Source: Octopus sinensis (lineage: Eukaryota). From it: DNA of 64,000 nucleotides. A program made the translations under genes and the position numbers. The notes beneath the pieces were generated by a model. The model saw only the letters and a program-made list of their open reading frames with translations, searched no databases and was not told the origin of the DNA. Of this stretch, positions 52,475 through 64,000 are shown piece by piece; the first letter of the stretch is position 1, and every line of letters begins with the position of its first letter. The stretch is from contig NC_043009.1 of NCBI RefSeq assembly GCF_006345805.1, positions 10,478,001-10,542,000 on the forward strand. The letters are read 5' to 3'.

Positions 52475-52695
52475 GTGTGTGTTATGTGTGTGTCTGTGTT
52501 TGTCTCCCCAACATCGCTTGACAGGCGATGCTGGTGTGCTTACGTCTCCGTCATCTAGCAGTTCGGCAAAAAGAGAACGATAGAATAAGTACTATGCTTA
52601 CAATGAATAAGTCCTGGGGTCGATTTCCTCGACTAAAGGCGGTGCTCCAGCATGGCCACAGTCGAGTGACTGAAACTAGTAAAAGAGTAAAAGAG
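52475..52695 (+). mobile_element. SINE-A 3' half
   Basis: caacatcgcttgac..gtgactgaaactagtaaaagag. Confidence 0.85.
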
Positions 52696-53210
52696 TGCCA
52701 TAGACCAAGCATTGATGCACACACACGCACACACACGCACACACACGCATAAACTGTTTCAGATTTCCCATGATGCTTTGGGATGTCCAGATGATTTGGA
52801 ACACGATTCAACATGTTTAGAATGGAAGAAACATCATATCATTTAGCTTGACCTAGCAAATGCATCGAGGCTTATTCTTCATGCTTCGTTCGATACATGA
52901 TGAAATGAACTTTATATTTGAATTACAGAATGATAAGAAAAGGAACTTCACTGACTTAAAAAATAATGCTAATCTCGGATAAGCACATCAGCATCGGTTG
53001 TCAAGCGATGTTGGGGAGACAAACACACACACACACACACACAACACACAACACCACACACCACACACACACGCACACACAAATATATATTATATAATAT
53101 ATATATATATATATAAATACATAATATATATATCGACGGGCTTCTTCAGGTTCCCGTCTACCAAATCCACTCACAAGGCTTGGTCAGCCCGAGCTATAGT
53201 AGAAGACACT

Positions 53211-53443
53211 ATAAGCGGCGAGCTGGCAGAAACGTTAGCACGCTGGGCGAAATGCGTTGCCGTATTTGTCTGCCGTTACGTTCCGAGTTCAAATTCCGCC
53301 GAGGTCGACTTTGCCTTTCATCCTTCCGGGGTCGATAAATTAAGTACCAGTTACGCACTGGGGTCGATGTAATCGACTTAATCCGTCTGTCTGTCCTTGT
53401 TTGTCTCCTCTGTGTTTAGCCCCTTGTGGGCAGTAAAGAAATA
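53211..53443 (+). mobile_element. Full-length SINE-B monomer inserted in SINE-A, 16-bp TSD
   Basis: TSD tatagtagaagacact at 53195-53210 and 53444-53459. Confidence 0.95.
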
Positions 53444-53679
53444 TATAGTAGAAGACACTTGCCTAATGTGCCACGCAGTGGGACTGAACTCGGAACCCTG
53501 TGGTTGGTAGCATCAAGAAATTTACGATTAACTGGCAGATGGCGGAAATTGGTATGATAGCAAGGTATACTACAACATTAGCTAGTAACCATAGCACAAG
53601 CATTGAAGACGCGCACGCGCACACACACAACACACACACACACACACACACACACCACACACAACACACGCACACCACA

Positions 53680-53713
<34 letters not shown>

Positions 53714-53810
53714 AATACATATATATATAGACGACGGGCTTCTTTCAGTTTCCGTCTACAATATCCACTCACAAGGCTTTGGTCAGCCCGAGGCTATAGT
53801 AGAAGACACT

Positions 53811-54045
53811 ATAAGGCGGCGAGCTGGCAGAAACGTTAGCACGCTGGGCGAAATGCGTTGCCGTATTTCGTCTGCCGTTACGTTCCGAGTTCAAATTCCG
53901 CCGAGGTCGACTTTGCCTTTCATCCTTCCGGGGTCGATAAATTAAGTACCAGTTACGCACTGGGGTCGATGTAATCGACTTAATCCGTCTGTCTGTCCTT
54001 GTTTGTCTCCTCTGTGTTTAGCCCCTTGTGGGCAGTAAAGAAATA
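53811..54045 (+). mobile_element. Duplicate full-length SINE-B monomer with TSD
   Basis: TSD at 53795-53810 and 54046-54061. Confidence 0.95.
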
Positions 54046-54216
54046 TATAGTAGAAGACACTTGCCTAATGTGCCACGCAGTGGGACTGAACTCGGAACCC
54101 TGTGGTTGGTAGCATCAAGAAATTTACGATTAACTGGCAGATGGCGGAAATTGGTATGATAGCAAGTATACTACAACATTAGCTAGTACCATAGCACAAG
54201 CATTGAAGCACGCGCA

Positions 54217-54249
<33 letters not shown>

Positions 54250-54559
54250 CACACACACACTCACACACACACACACATACAAACACACACACATAAGCGT
54301 GCGCGCGCGATTCACTATGCTGATAAACGCATCAAGACTTATTCTCCATGCTGTGATATGCGCTTAATTGAACGTTATTTTTGATTCCATCACGTGGAAA
54401 GGAACTTCACAGACTTAGAAACCCTCAGTTCGGATTTCGAGTTGTTTTAGCATCCAGAAATTCAAGATCAACCAGCAGGTACTGGAAATTGGTATGATGA
54501 CAACGATATTATTGTCTCACACATTTTCCTGTTAACTCAGAAGTTCATATCAAGAAGTA

Positions 54560-55890
54560 TAAGAAGCTGTTCTTAAGAAATGGACATTGATAGACATTTT
54601 GAACCACTGCTACTGCGAGATGTTATGGATGCTATCCTCGGCTGAGTGGAAGCAAGGACAGAAGAGAAACTTCCCTAACCCCATTGGACCAGCTATTCTG
54701 GTAATCTTGAACACGAACCGAAATCAAGAAAAGTTAGTCTATCCATAATACGAGACATGTTAAGAATTCTGTTTCGAAATTGGAGAAGATGAAATCCCAA
54801 AGATCAAGGATCACGCAGTGACCTTAAGCGATACCAGAAGGATTGAGATCCGAAATAAGATACAAACTGCTATCTACATTAAGGATTCGACACTATACCC
54901 ATAGCTTATTACCGAGACATTTTAATGTATAAAACATTGTTCATAAGAATGGAAGGACCAGAAAACTGTGCGGGCAAATTCCTACGAAGGGTCTTAAAGT
55001 AACAAAAGCTCTCTGCAACATTATTACTCTTCAAAATTCTCTGAACTTTGTTATTGTTCGTGCGATCCATCGGGAAAGAAAAGTAGTGTGAGAGATCCTG
55101 TTGTGGTTAGTAGCGGAGTCCGACCTGGAAATGAAATAGCTGATATGAACTCTGCAGAATATTTGAATATAATAGATATCGCACCAGAACAGTAAAAGTA
55201 CAGGCAAGATATATGGACCAGAGGAATTGAACAGACTGTATTACAAAAGCAGTGGAGAAAGGAAGCCAGAGCATGGACAGCCTGGAAAACAGTTGAAGGA
55301 AGGAGTGGAAGCAACCTGGTGGGTTAATGGAAGCAGCTAGGTTAAGATTCCTCTTGAAATGTGCTTTTATCCCCGGTCAATCTTAAACGGTGGGGCTAGA
55401 GTGACTACCGACTTTCTTCGATGCCAAGCCTATTCATCACTGGCAGCATGTCCTAGTAGTATATAAGACACCGCTTACAGAATATTTCTAGCGGCATGAT
55501 CAAAACCAAATTTTGAATATCTTTGCTCTCGCATTAAAGCAAGATTACAGCTTTATGAATGTGAAGAAAACTGACACCGAGGTGGATTCCTGCCGTTTTC
55601 TACAAAATAAACGAGCTACAATGTAGAAGCGTAAAAAAAGGATATAAGCGCAAAATTTTGAAAGATGCTAATGATTGGTAGGTTGAAGAATATTCCGAGA
55701 AGCTATTCGTGTTCGCAAGACTTATTGCAATAAAGAAGTAATTCCCCCAACATTATGATATGGCTAGGCTTTAGAAAAATGTCCAGATGAGTAGGCAATA
55801 TAGGAAAAATACGTAAAAAGGAGCTGCGAAGTATGAGAGAATTAGGGAGTCATGTACAGGCGTTCGCACAAATGAATGTTTTGGTGGAGA
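54560..55890 (+). pseudogene. HERO-like (R2 superfamily, RLE) non-LTR retrotransposon remnant
   Basis: Pieces in collinear order: IGEDEIPKIKDHAV; RDPVVVSSGV; AWTAWKTVE..MEAARLRFLLK..SPVNLKRWG; AACP..RHDQ; ILKDANDW; AAKYERIRESC. Confidence 0.7.
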
Positions 55891-55904
55891 TACAGACATA
55901 CAGA

Positions 55905-56022
55905 TAGGTAGGTAGGTAGGTAGGTAGGTAGGTAGGTAGGTAGGTAGGTAGGTAGATAGGTAGGTAGGTAGGTAGGTAGGTAGGTAGGTAGGTAGGTAGG
56001 TAGATAGGTAGATAGAAAGATG

Positions 56023-56066
<44 letters not shown>
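55905..56066. repeat. (TAGG)n/(TAGA)n microsatellite
   Basis: Direct reading. Confidence 0.95.
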
Positions 56067-56079
<13 letters not shown>

Positions 56080-56240
56080 CTTTCTTTATTGGAACCACAC
56101 AGGGCTGGACACAGAGGGGACAATTACAATGTAGAGTTTTTCTTTTCGAAGATGGAAAAGGAAAAAAAGAAAAAAAAAAGAAACAAATGAAAAATTTCGA
56201 TCAAAAGGGATCGGAAGATGGAGTGAGACAATGTAGTCAA
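56066..56240 (-). mobile_element. 3' end of (CTAT)n-tailed retroelement
   Basis: Minus strand cgatcccttttgatcgaaa..gtcccctctgtgtccagccctgtgtggttccAATAAAgaaag-(ctat)n. Second copy at 63797-63950. Confidence 0.7.
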
Positions 56241-56397
56241 GAATGGAAATAGAAAATAATGGATACATTGATAAAGAAAAAAAGGAATTGGAAAGAAAAA
56301 GCTAAGAGAAAGAAAGAGAGAGAAGTGGAGACCAGAGGATAGATTGAAGAATTAAGAGAGAGAGGGAATCGTGAAAGAGAGAGAGAGAGAAAGAAAC

Positions 56398-56439
<42 letters not shown>

Positions 56440-57154
56440 GAGAGAGACACAGAGACAGAGACAGAGAGACAAACAGACAGACGAAGACAGATATGTATAT
56501 TTTCAACATGGAAGTGAAGGGGAATCAATGTAGACTTACAGTAAAAGCCAGCGAAAGCAACGAAATGCAAATCTGGGTGAGAATTCATAAAGATATCACC
56601 TTTTAGAAAGCATAACTATGAAATACTTTTGAATATTTCTTCATTTATCTTTGCAAATATTCACGGAAACGTGTGAGTTATGACTGGATTAAATTAAGGC
56701 AGGCTTAAACGAAAACTTTTCCAAACCAGTTAACGCTTCTCTCGTGTCGGCGGCATATTACCTGCCTATCATGTATCTATGGAAGCACTGAGGCATCTCC
56801 TATGTATCTCTTTTAGCTATATTTTAACCCACCACTTTTAGGATTGCATTTATTTCCAAAGAGGTTCTATTCTCATTTTAGTTCTCTGCGAGTATATATG
56901 GCACATTAATCTTGCACCAGTGGACAATTGATGTCTAAATGTCTTCACTCCTTAACCCACTCCAACCTTACTACTTTCAATTCATTCTCAACGTGCCTAT
57001 AAACGCATTACCATTATATTATGTCTCTGTATGTCTCTCCCACTCTCGCTCTTCCTTTTCCCCCACTCTCTTTTTCACTCTCCACATATTTATGTATATA
57101 TATATATTATATATATATATATACGTATATATATATTATAATATATATTATATA

Positions 57155-57190
<36 letters not shown>

Positions 57191-57592
57191 CATATAATAT
57201 ATATATATATTTATGTATATATATATAACGCATATATATATATATATATATATATCCTTTGTCCTTTTACTACATACTACGTGCAGACACTTACATATGT
57301 ACGTACATATAACACACACACACATTATATATGCATATATACAAAATTATTCAAGTTAACTTTTATTTATATGTGGGTGTATGTGTGTTTGCGCACGTGG
57401 TGGGATGTATATTTGCGTGTGTATGTTTGTGCGCACGCGTGTGTGCGTGCAATATATATATATAAATATATTATATATATATATATATATTATATATATA
57501 TACAATATACATATATATATGTATATATATATATATATATATATACTTAATACACACACACACACATACATAGTATATACATACATCATATA

Positions 57593-57629
<37 letters not shown>

Positions 57630-57751
57630 TAATATATATACATATATACATATATGTATATAACATACATATGAATATATGTATTTCTAGCTATATATAT
57701 ACCTTTATGTCTATGTATGTATGTTTTTATGTATGTATATGCATATATTTG

Positions 57752-57787
<36 letters not shown>

Positions 57788-57877
57788 ATATATAATATAT
57801 ATATATATATAAAATATAGATATATATATGTGTGGGGTGTGTGTGTGTGTGTGTGTGTCGGTGTGTGTCTGTGTATG

Positions 57878-57909
<32 letters not shown>

Positions 57910-58370
57910 TACATATATATATATTCATACATACATACATGCATACATACATACATACATACATACATACATACATACATACATACATGCATACGTACAT
58001 ACATACATACCTACATACAAATATAACATTATGTGTATCTGTATGTATGTCTATATGTTATTATGTATGAATAATTCTTCTAAGCAAGTCTTTATAATAA
58101 TTCCAGAACGTAAATCAAACAACGTTTCGGTACTCGTATCAGTTCACTTCATATAAATACACCGTCTGTACAATATTGGAACATGGTGTTATTTCGAAAC
58201 GTACTCGTTCCATAAACATGCAAAATGCATATACATGCAGGAAAATTAGATTGGAATACGAATATTAAAATCAGCTATAAACGGAGCATCGCATATCTAA
58301 GTATGAATATATGTGTAATGTATACTTATGTGTGTATTAGCGTGTTTTGAGAGTCATGCACGTGCGCTTG

Positions 58371-58402
<32 letters not shown>

Positions 58403-58482
58403 GTGTGTGTGTGTGTGGTGTGTGTGTGTGTGTGTGTGTCTGTGTCTGTGTCTGTGAGTGTGTTTGTGTATAAATATATATA

Positions 58483-58528
<46 letters not shown>

Positions 58529-58946
58529 CATACACACACACACATATAGATACACACACGCATACGTACATATAGGTAAATATAGATAAATCAAATATAC
58601 ATATATATTCACACACGTATATACTTATACAGACATATGTTTGTGTATGCAAGTTATATGTATAGGTATGTTTACCTTCGTGTACATATGCTTGTGCATA
58701 CACACACACACACACATATATGTCTGTGCGATCTGTGAATATATATATATATATATATATATATCTATTATATATATATATACACATTTATATATGTATA
58801 TATATGTATATATATACATATATACATATATATATATATATCATATGTATATATGTATATATAGTACATATATACATATAACATATATACATATATATAT
58901 GTATATATATTAGATATATACATATATACACGCATACATTTCCATA

Positions 58947-58987
<41 letters not shown>

Positions 58988-59034
58988 GTATATGTACGTA
59001 ATATGTAGTATATATACATAAGAGAAAGAGAGAG

Positions 59035-59084
<50 letters not shown>

Positions 59085-60652
59085 GGTTTTACTTTCTTGG
59101 AGCGAAAGCAAAAATCAATTATATACATACCAACAATATCATTCTCCTCTCAGAATATTGGCATTTGCAGCTCTCCCTGTCTTCAACCTCACTCTGAATA
59201 CTAATCCCAGCTCATAAATATAGGTGTCAGATACAGGTTTATTCTAACAATTAGCTATTTGGTCAATGGTGTCCATAGCATTAGTTAATAGTTTCACTGA
59301 ATTGTAAGCTTTATACGCTGTTACAAAATCTCTTTGCTAGTAAACAATAATATAGGTGACTAATTTTTATATATAGAATTACTCATGCGATGAAAGCACA
59401 TAAATCTTTTGGTAAGCATTTAGGAGAGTAAGGGGAATGAAGGAGAGACACAGAGGCAGAGAAGATGGTAGAAAAGGAAGAAAAAAATAGAGAAGGGAAA
59501 GGGATTTAAATGATAATACAATGCATAATAATATATAAAAAAAAGATAAGATGGGAGAAAAAATAAGGGTATTTCTTCTTTATTTGTGTGACTAGCTTAC
59601 ATCGGAAGATAAGATGTATATTATCTCCGTTTGTCTTTTGTTGTGATATGTTCTTTAATTTTATATAAAGGTTTGAAATTTAATTCTCATATGCTAGAAA
59701 TAGTTGGAACTAACTATAAGAAAGTTAGAATAAGAGTCTACGTGTATTAGATATTATCAGGAAATTCACCGGTGAATTGATAAGTTGCCAACAGAAACAC
59801 CGACAGTTCGTCTCCTGATATCGTCGCTGCTCTATGGTCAAATGGCAAAACAATTTACCTTGAAAATGCTCAGTCTATTAGCCTTTGTGCAGATACCTGA
59901 TAGTGGAATGGTTTACTTAATGGTTTGTTAAATGGTTTATTTCTGTACCAGCGTTTTAGTATCTGCATCAGATACTAAAACCAAGAATCAGTTCTTTAAC
60001 TTGTTCAGCTCATTCTAGAGGTTATGGGACTCACTCCAGTTCTGTAATACATACATACGGACAAAAATACCCTGTCGCTGATGTTCAAATTCCTATGAAG
60101 GAGTCTTGGATCTAGGTTAGAAACCGGTTCTTTCTCTATTGGCAAGAAATCTTGAAATAAACTGAATAATTATATACGTATACATACATACATACATACA
60201 TACATACATACATACATACATACATACATACATACGTACGTACATACATACATACGCAACACACACACACACACTCACGCACACACATATATATAATCAC
60301 GAATGACAGAAATAGTTTGATGAAATTTTATTTAACAATAAAAAAAATTCTAATTTCACGACAAATTGTTTCGTAGCTTAAAAACATGTAATTAGTTTAT
60401 ATTATTATATTTAATAATAAATAAGTTATTACACACCTGAATTAATGCAAAATGAAAAAAAAAAAACCTCCTTCAAAATAATGCAGAATTTAATCTTCGT
60501 CCTCAGATGAAAGAAAGTCTTTGTTAAATAAAAGATTTTCGACGTAGCGATATTAGAATTTTCTTATTGTTAAATAAAATTTCCTCAAAGTATTTCTCTG
60601 TCATTTATGACTTTATACACACCTTATTCTTTTATCTTGTATCGCACTATAT

Positions 60653-60992
60653 TGAGACCCCCTTCGGTCATGACTGACCGAGGGATTGCACCTAGAAAGT
60701 TACCCTCCCAGGCACAAGTCCGGGCAATGTTGTTTATGGAAGACCAGCAGTCGCCTATGTATACCGGCCTCCCCTCTCCACGCCACCAGTATTATCCAAG
60801 GGAAAGACAAAGGGGCCGATACACCTTGGCACCTGTGACGTCGCAACTCATTTCTACAGCTGGGTGAACTGGAGCAACGTGAAATAAAGTGTCTTGCTCA
60901 AGAACACAACACGCAGCCCGGTCCGGGATTCGAAATCACAACCTCACGATTGTAAGCTCGACGCTCTAACCACCGAGCCATGCGCCTTCACA
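60653..60992 (-). mobile_element. tRNA-derived SINE, full length, ~12-bp TSD
   Basis: Head ggcgcatggctcggtggttagagcg..ttcgaatccc, with TSD atcgcactatat (60641) / atcgtactatat (60993). Confidence 0.9.
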
Positions 60993-61099
60993 ATCGTACT
61001 ATATATTCTATATATTTTGTAGAATGATACATCAAGGAGCATTTTTTAATGAGTACTACCGGCTTACTGGAATTCATTATTGTGTCTCAAACTGATATA

Positions 61100-61169
<70 letters not shown>

Positions 61170-61173
<4 letters not shown>

Positions 61174-61450
61174 CCTTGTATTGTTTGTCTGTACTCTGTT
61201 TTTTCGTTGTTTAAAAAAGTCCATTTCCTTGTTTGATTTTATGTTCTCGTCTCTCGTTGTGTTCTACGTTTATTTGTGGTGTCCTGTACTCATATATATA
61301 TGTATGCATGTATATATACATGTAGATGTAAGTATGTACATATATGTGTGTATGTATGTATATATGCATATATTTTATTTATTTTTTTTAATTTATTATA
61401 TTACTATATGACCGAACGCACGCGTTATTTCTCTATTTCTCTTCTCCAAG
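61170..61450 (+). mobile_element. Second copy of the repeat seen inverted at 21396-21850
   Basis: gttctacgtttatttgtggtgtcctgtactc..tgcatgtatatatacatgtagatgtaag..ttctccaagt. Confidence 0.7.
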
Positions 61451-61489
61451 TTTATATATATATATATAATATATATATATATATTTATA

Positions 61490-62145
61490 CACAAAAGGGG
61501 ATCTAAAAGAAATCGAAATTTTGCTATATTATTTCATTCACTTAGTTTTCCGTGTTTACACTTTTATTGCCTTCAAATTATTCTCCATTTGAAGCAATGC
61601 ATCAATCCAGACGCGTTTTCCACTATTCGAATTAGTGCTAGAACTCTTGCAAAGTGATGCCTTATAACGCCTCTGTCGTTTTTTTTTTTTCTTTTATTCA
61701 CCTCTTCCACATTTGCAAATTCCTTAGCACCAGCTTGCGTCACTAGTGATGACCTTTGAAAATAGGTCCGGATCAACTTCTAACTGTTCTTTCAGTTCAC
61801 TATACGCATTTTTGTTGCGATTGCTTTTGATGTTCCTGGAGCGAGCGAGGTACAAATTTTGTTGCAATTCTTTTTATTCGCAGTTTCTCGCTCAAAATTC
61901 GTTGGAAGGAGCTTCAGGACACACAAGTCGTATCAACAAGTTCGCCACTTGTTCGGTGACAGTTCTCCAAGACCAGTTCATGAATATCCATGATGTTTTC
62001 ATTCGTTCGGGTGGTCGCCAGTCGTTCTAAACGAGGTTGGTCTTCGCGCGACAAGTGACCATTCCCAAGAGGTGAAAATCACTTTGTAAGCTGTTTGAAG
62101 CATGACAGCTGTTTCGGTCGCCGTTTGCCTCAACAGAAAAGAGAA
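61490..62145 (-). mobile_element. Internally deleted mariner element with one recognisable TIR
   Basis: LLRQTATETAVMLQTAYK..IATKFVPRSL..DPDLFSKVITSDASWC joined to FANVEEV..TTEAL*GITLQEF..WKTRLD*CIASNGE*FEG. TIR-like end tacacaaaaggggatctaaaagaaatcgaaatt beside (TA)n. Confidence 0.85.
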
Positions 62146-62229
62146 TCTCTCTCTCTCTCTCTCACTCTTTCTCTCACTCACTCTCTCTCTCTATCTCTCT
62201 TTAAATACATATATATATAGTGAGGAAGA

Positions 62230-62536
<307 letters not shown>

Positions 62537-62689
62537 TATTCGTTCCGTGGGAAGAACCTGAATAAATCCGAGTCTTTTCTTCTTGCCAATCATTGAAAGT
62601 CATCAGTTGAAATACTTGGAGGCTTTCTTAAAAATTTAACAAGCCAATCATATTTTTATTTTTGAGAAAAACCACGACGTAAATTCACA

Positions 62690-63080
62690 GAAAAAAACTA
62701 TGCCGCGAAGTATTCTCCCCGACGCTCTATTCAAGGAGTGTTGCGTGTCAGTAAAGAAATATATAAATAGTAGGGATTCTACCAATTTCTTCTTGAACAT
62801 CTCGTTTTCTATTGGCACGACCTGGCAACAAGCTCTAACTTATGGATCCAGCTCTTGGATGACAGCACTGGTAGGCTTGGTAAACTTGGCTGAATACTCG
62901 TTAGAATGTGTTTTTCATGTTTATCATCCTACATAAAGACTGCATTTCGACAAAATGTCGAAACTTAAATACCAGTGATTAATTTTCGATAGGGCGAAGT
63001 ACCTTATCCACCAATGTTGCAAAAGGTTACTTGCCTCACAGCACAGTGTGAAACACATATTGTCTTGGTATTTCAACTCA
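62690..63080 (-). pseudogene. Possible Penelope GIY-YIG endonuclease remnant
   Basis: DKV..SLVFKF..CSLYVG..T..KPTSAV..IENEMFKKKLVESL..SLNRASG, with many stops. Confidence 0.4.
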
Positions 63081-63477
63081 TTCCTGATACATTTTCCAGT
63101 CGTCTCGGCTGTCTTCCTACAGGCCAAGGAAGTCAAGGGCGAGAGATTAACGCTGATCGTCTGGTACAGCCTTTTGCTTTATTATAATTCAAGAGCAGTG
63201 CTTGTCAAAACTAGAACTTCTTGAGGCCATTAACAGAGTAGAACTTTCATACCAATAAGGGCTAGTACCACTTTCTCACTCATGAGAGAACACAGAAGGA
63301 TGTAGAATGAGTAGAAACAGTCATATTTTGTCCGAACACCTGCGCGGGTACTTTTTTGACTTCTGACAATCCTAAAAAATTCCATGGGCTTCTAAGAGTT
63401 GCTGTCTTAGTTATCTTCTAAAATTAGAAAGAAAAGGATCAGTGTATGTGCATGCGTGTATACATATGTCTGTAGAT

Positions 63478-63792
63478 ATACATATGTGTAGGCTCACCAA
63501 TGGAGAAGTTCTCAAGCAGATAAGGCCGAAAATGTCGCTAGAAGCTAGGATCACCAAGCATAGATTGGCATATTTCGGTCATATTATGCGAAGAAAATCC
63601 CTGGAGAAGGACATCATGCTCGGAATGGTCAGTGGCAAGAGAGGAAGAGGCTGACTAAGAACCCGCTGGCTTGACACCATCAAAAGTGATACCGGAATGG
63701 ACATAGCCAATCTGAAAGAAGCGACCCAGGATAGAACTGACCGGAGGACACTGATCCAATAAGTAACCGAGAGTCGACTTCGACTGAGCGGA
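63478..63792 (+). pseudogene. RTE-clade LINE 3' end
   Basis: TNGEVLKQIRPKMSLEARITKHRLAYFGHIMRRKSLEKDIMLGMVSGKRGRG*LRTRWLDTIKSDTG..ATQDRTDRR, ending gagtcgacttcgactgagcgga-tagata. Confidence 0.9.
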
Positions 63793-63796
63793 TAGA

Positions 63797-63950
63797 TAAG
63801 TTTCTTTATTGGCCACACAGGGCTGCACACAGATGGGACAAGTTACAAGGTAGAACTCTTCTTTTGGGGGATGAAAAAAAACGAAAAACAAAAAACAAGG
63901 GAAACAAAAAAAAGGTGGCGTAGGTTTTCGATCAAAAGGGATCGTAAAAG
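63797..63950 (-). mobile_element. 3' end of (CTAT)n-tailed retroelement
   Basis: Homologous to 56066-56240. Confidence 0.7.
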
Positions 63951-64000
63951 GGGAAAAAAGAACAAAAAATTAAAAAAATTAAAAATAAAAAAATAAAAAA

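Larger units (their letters stand above)
52985..54290. repeat. 600-bp tandem duplication of a SINE-A(-)/SINE-B(+) nest
   Basis: Homologous positions 53195 and 53795. Bounded by (CA)n tracts. Confidence 0.95.

Overview
AT-rich, repeat-saturated eukaryotic DNA. It is most likely octopus (inferred from the SINE families and dinucleotide microsatellite load; not database-confirmed). No intact protein-coding gene can be supported, and nearly all ORF-track entries are translated microsatellites or SINE sequence. The window contains about 16 copies of a tRNA-headed SINE with an internal TA/TG tract (my label SINE-A) and about 14 loci of a second SINE (SINE-B) that often forms head-to-tail concatemers. 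It also holds three other tRNA-SINEs. Decayed autonomous elements include Penelope-like RT and GIY-YIG, L1/Tx1, RTE, HERO-like and Dong/R4-like RLE retroelements, mariner, Tc1-like (DUF4817) and Tigger/pogo transposases, and a possible Polinton-like ORF. Non-autonomous DNA elements are a hAT MITE, two other MITEs, and HINE/Helitron-like ends. There are also microsatellite-bounded tandem duplications and a 100-N gap. The most interesting signals are (i) recurrent, identical SINE-B concatemer junctions suggesting a multimeric or circular template, (ii) four minimal hammerhead-ribozyme-like folds with non-canonical cores in Penelope-type terminal repeats, (iii) a SINE-B insertion without a target-site duplication (TSD) that splits a LINE zinc knuckle, and (iv) a few weak minus-strand exon/promoter candidates. 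Repeat coordinates are read by eye and are approximate unless stated as exact.
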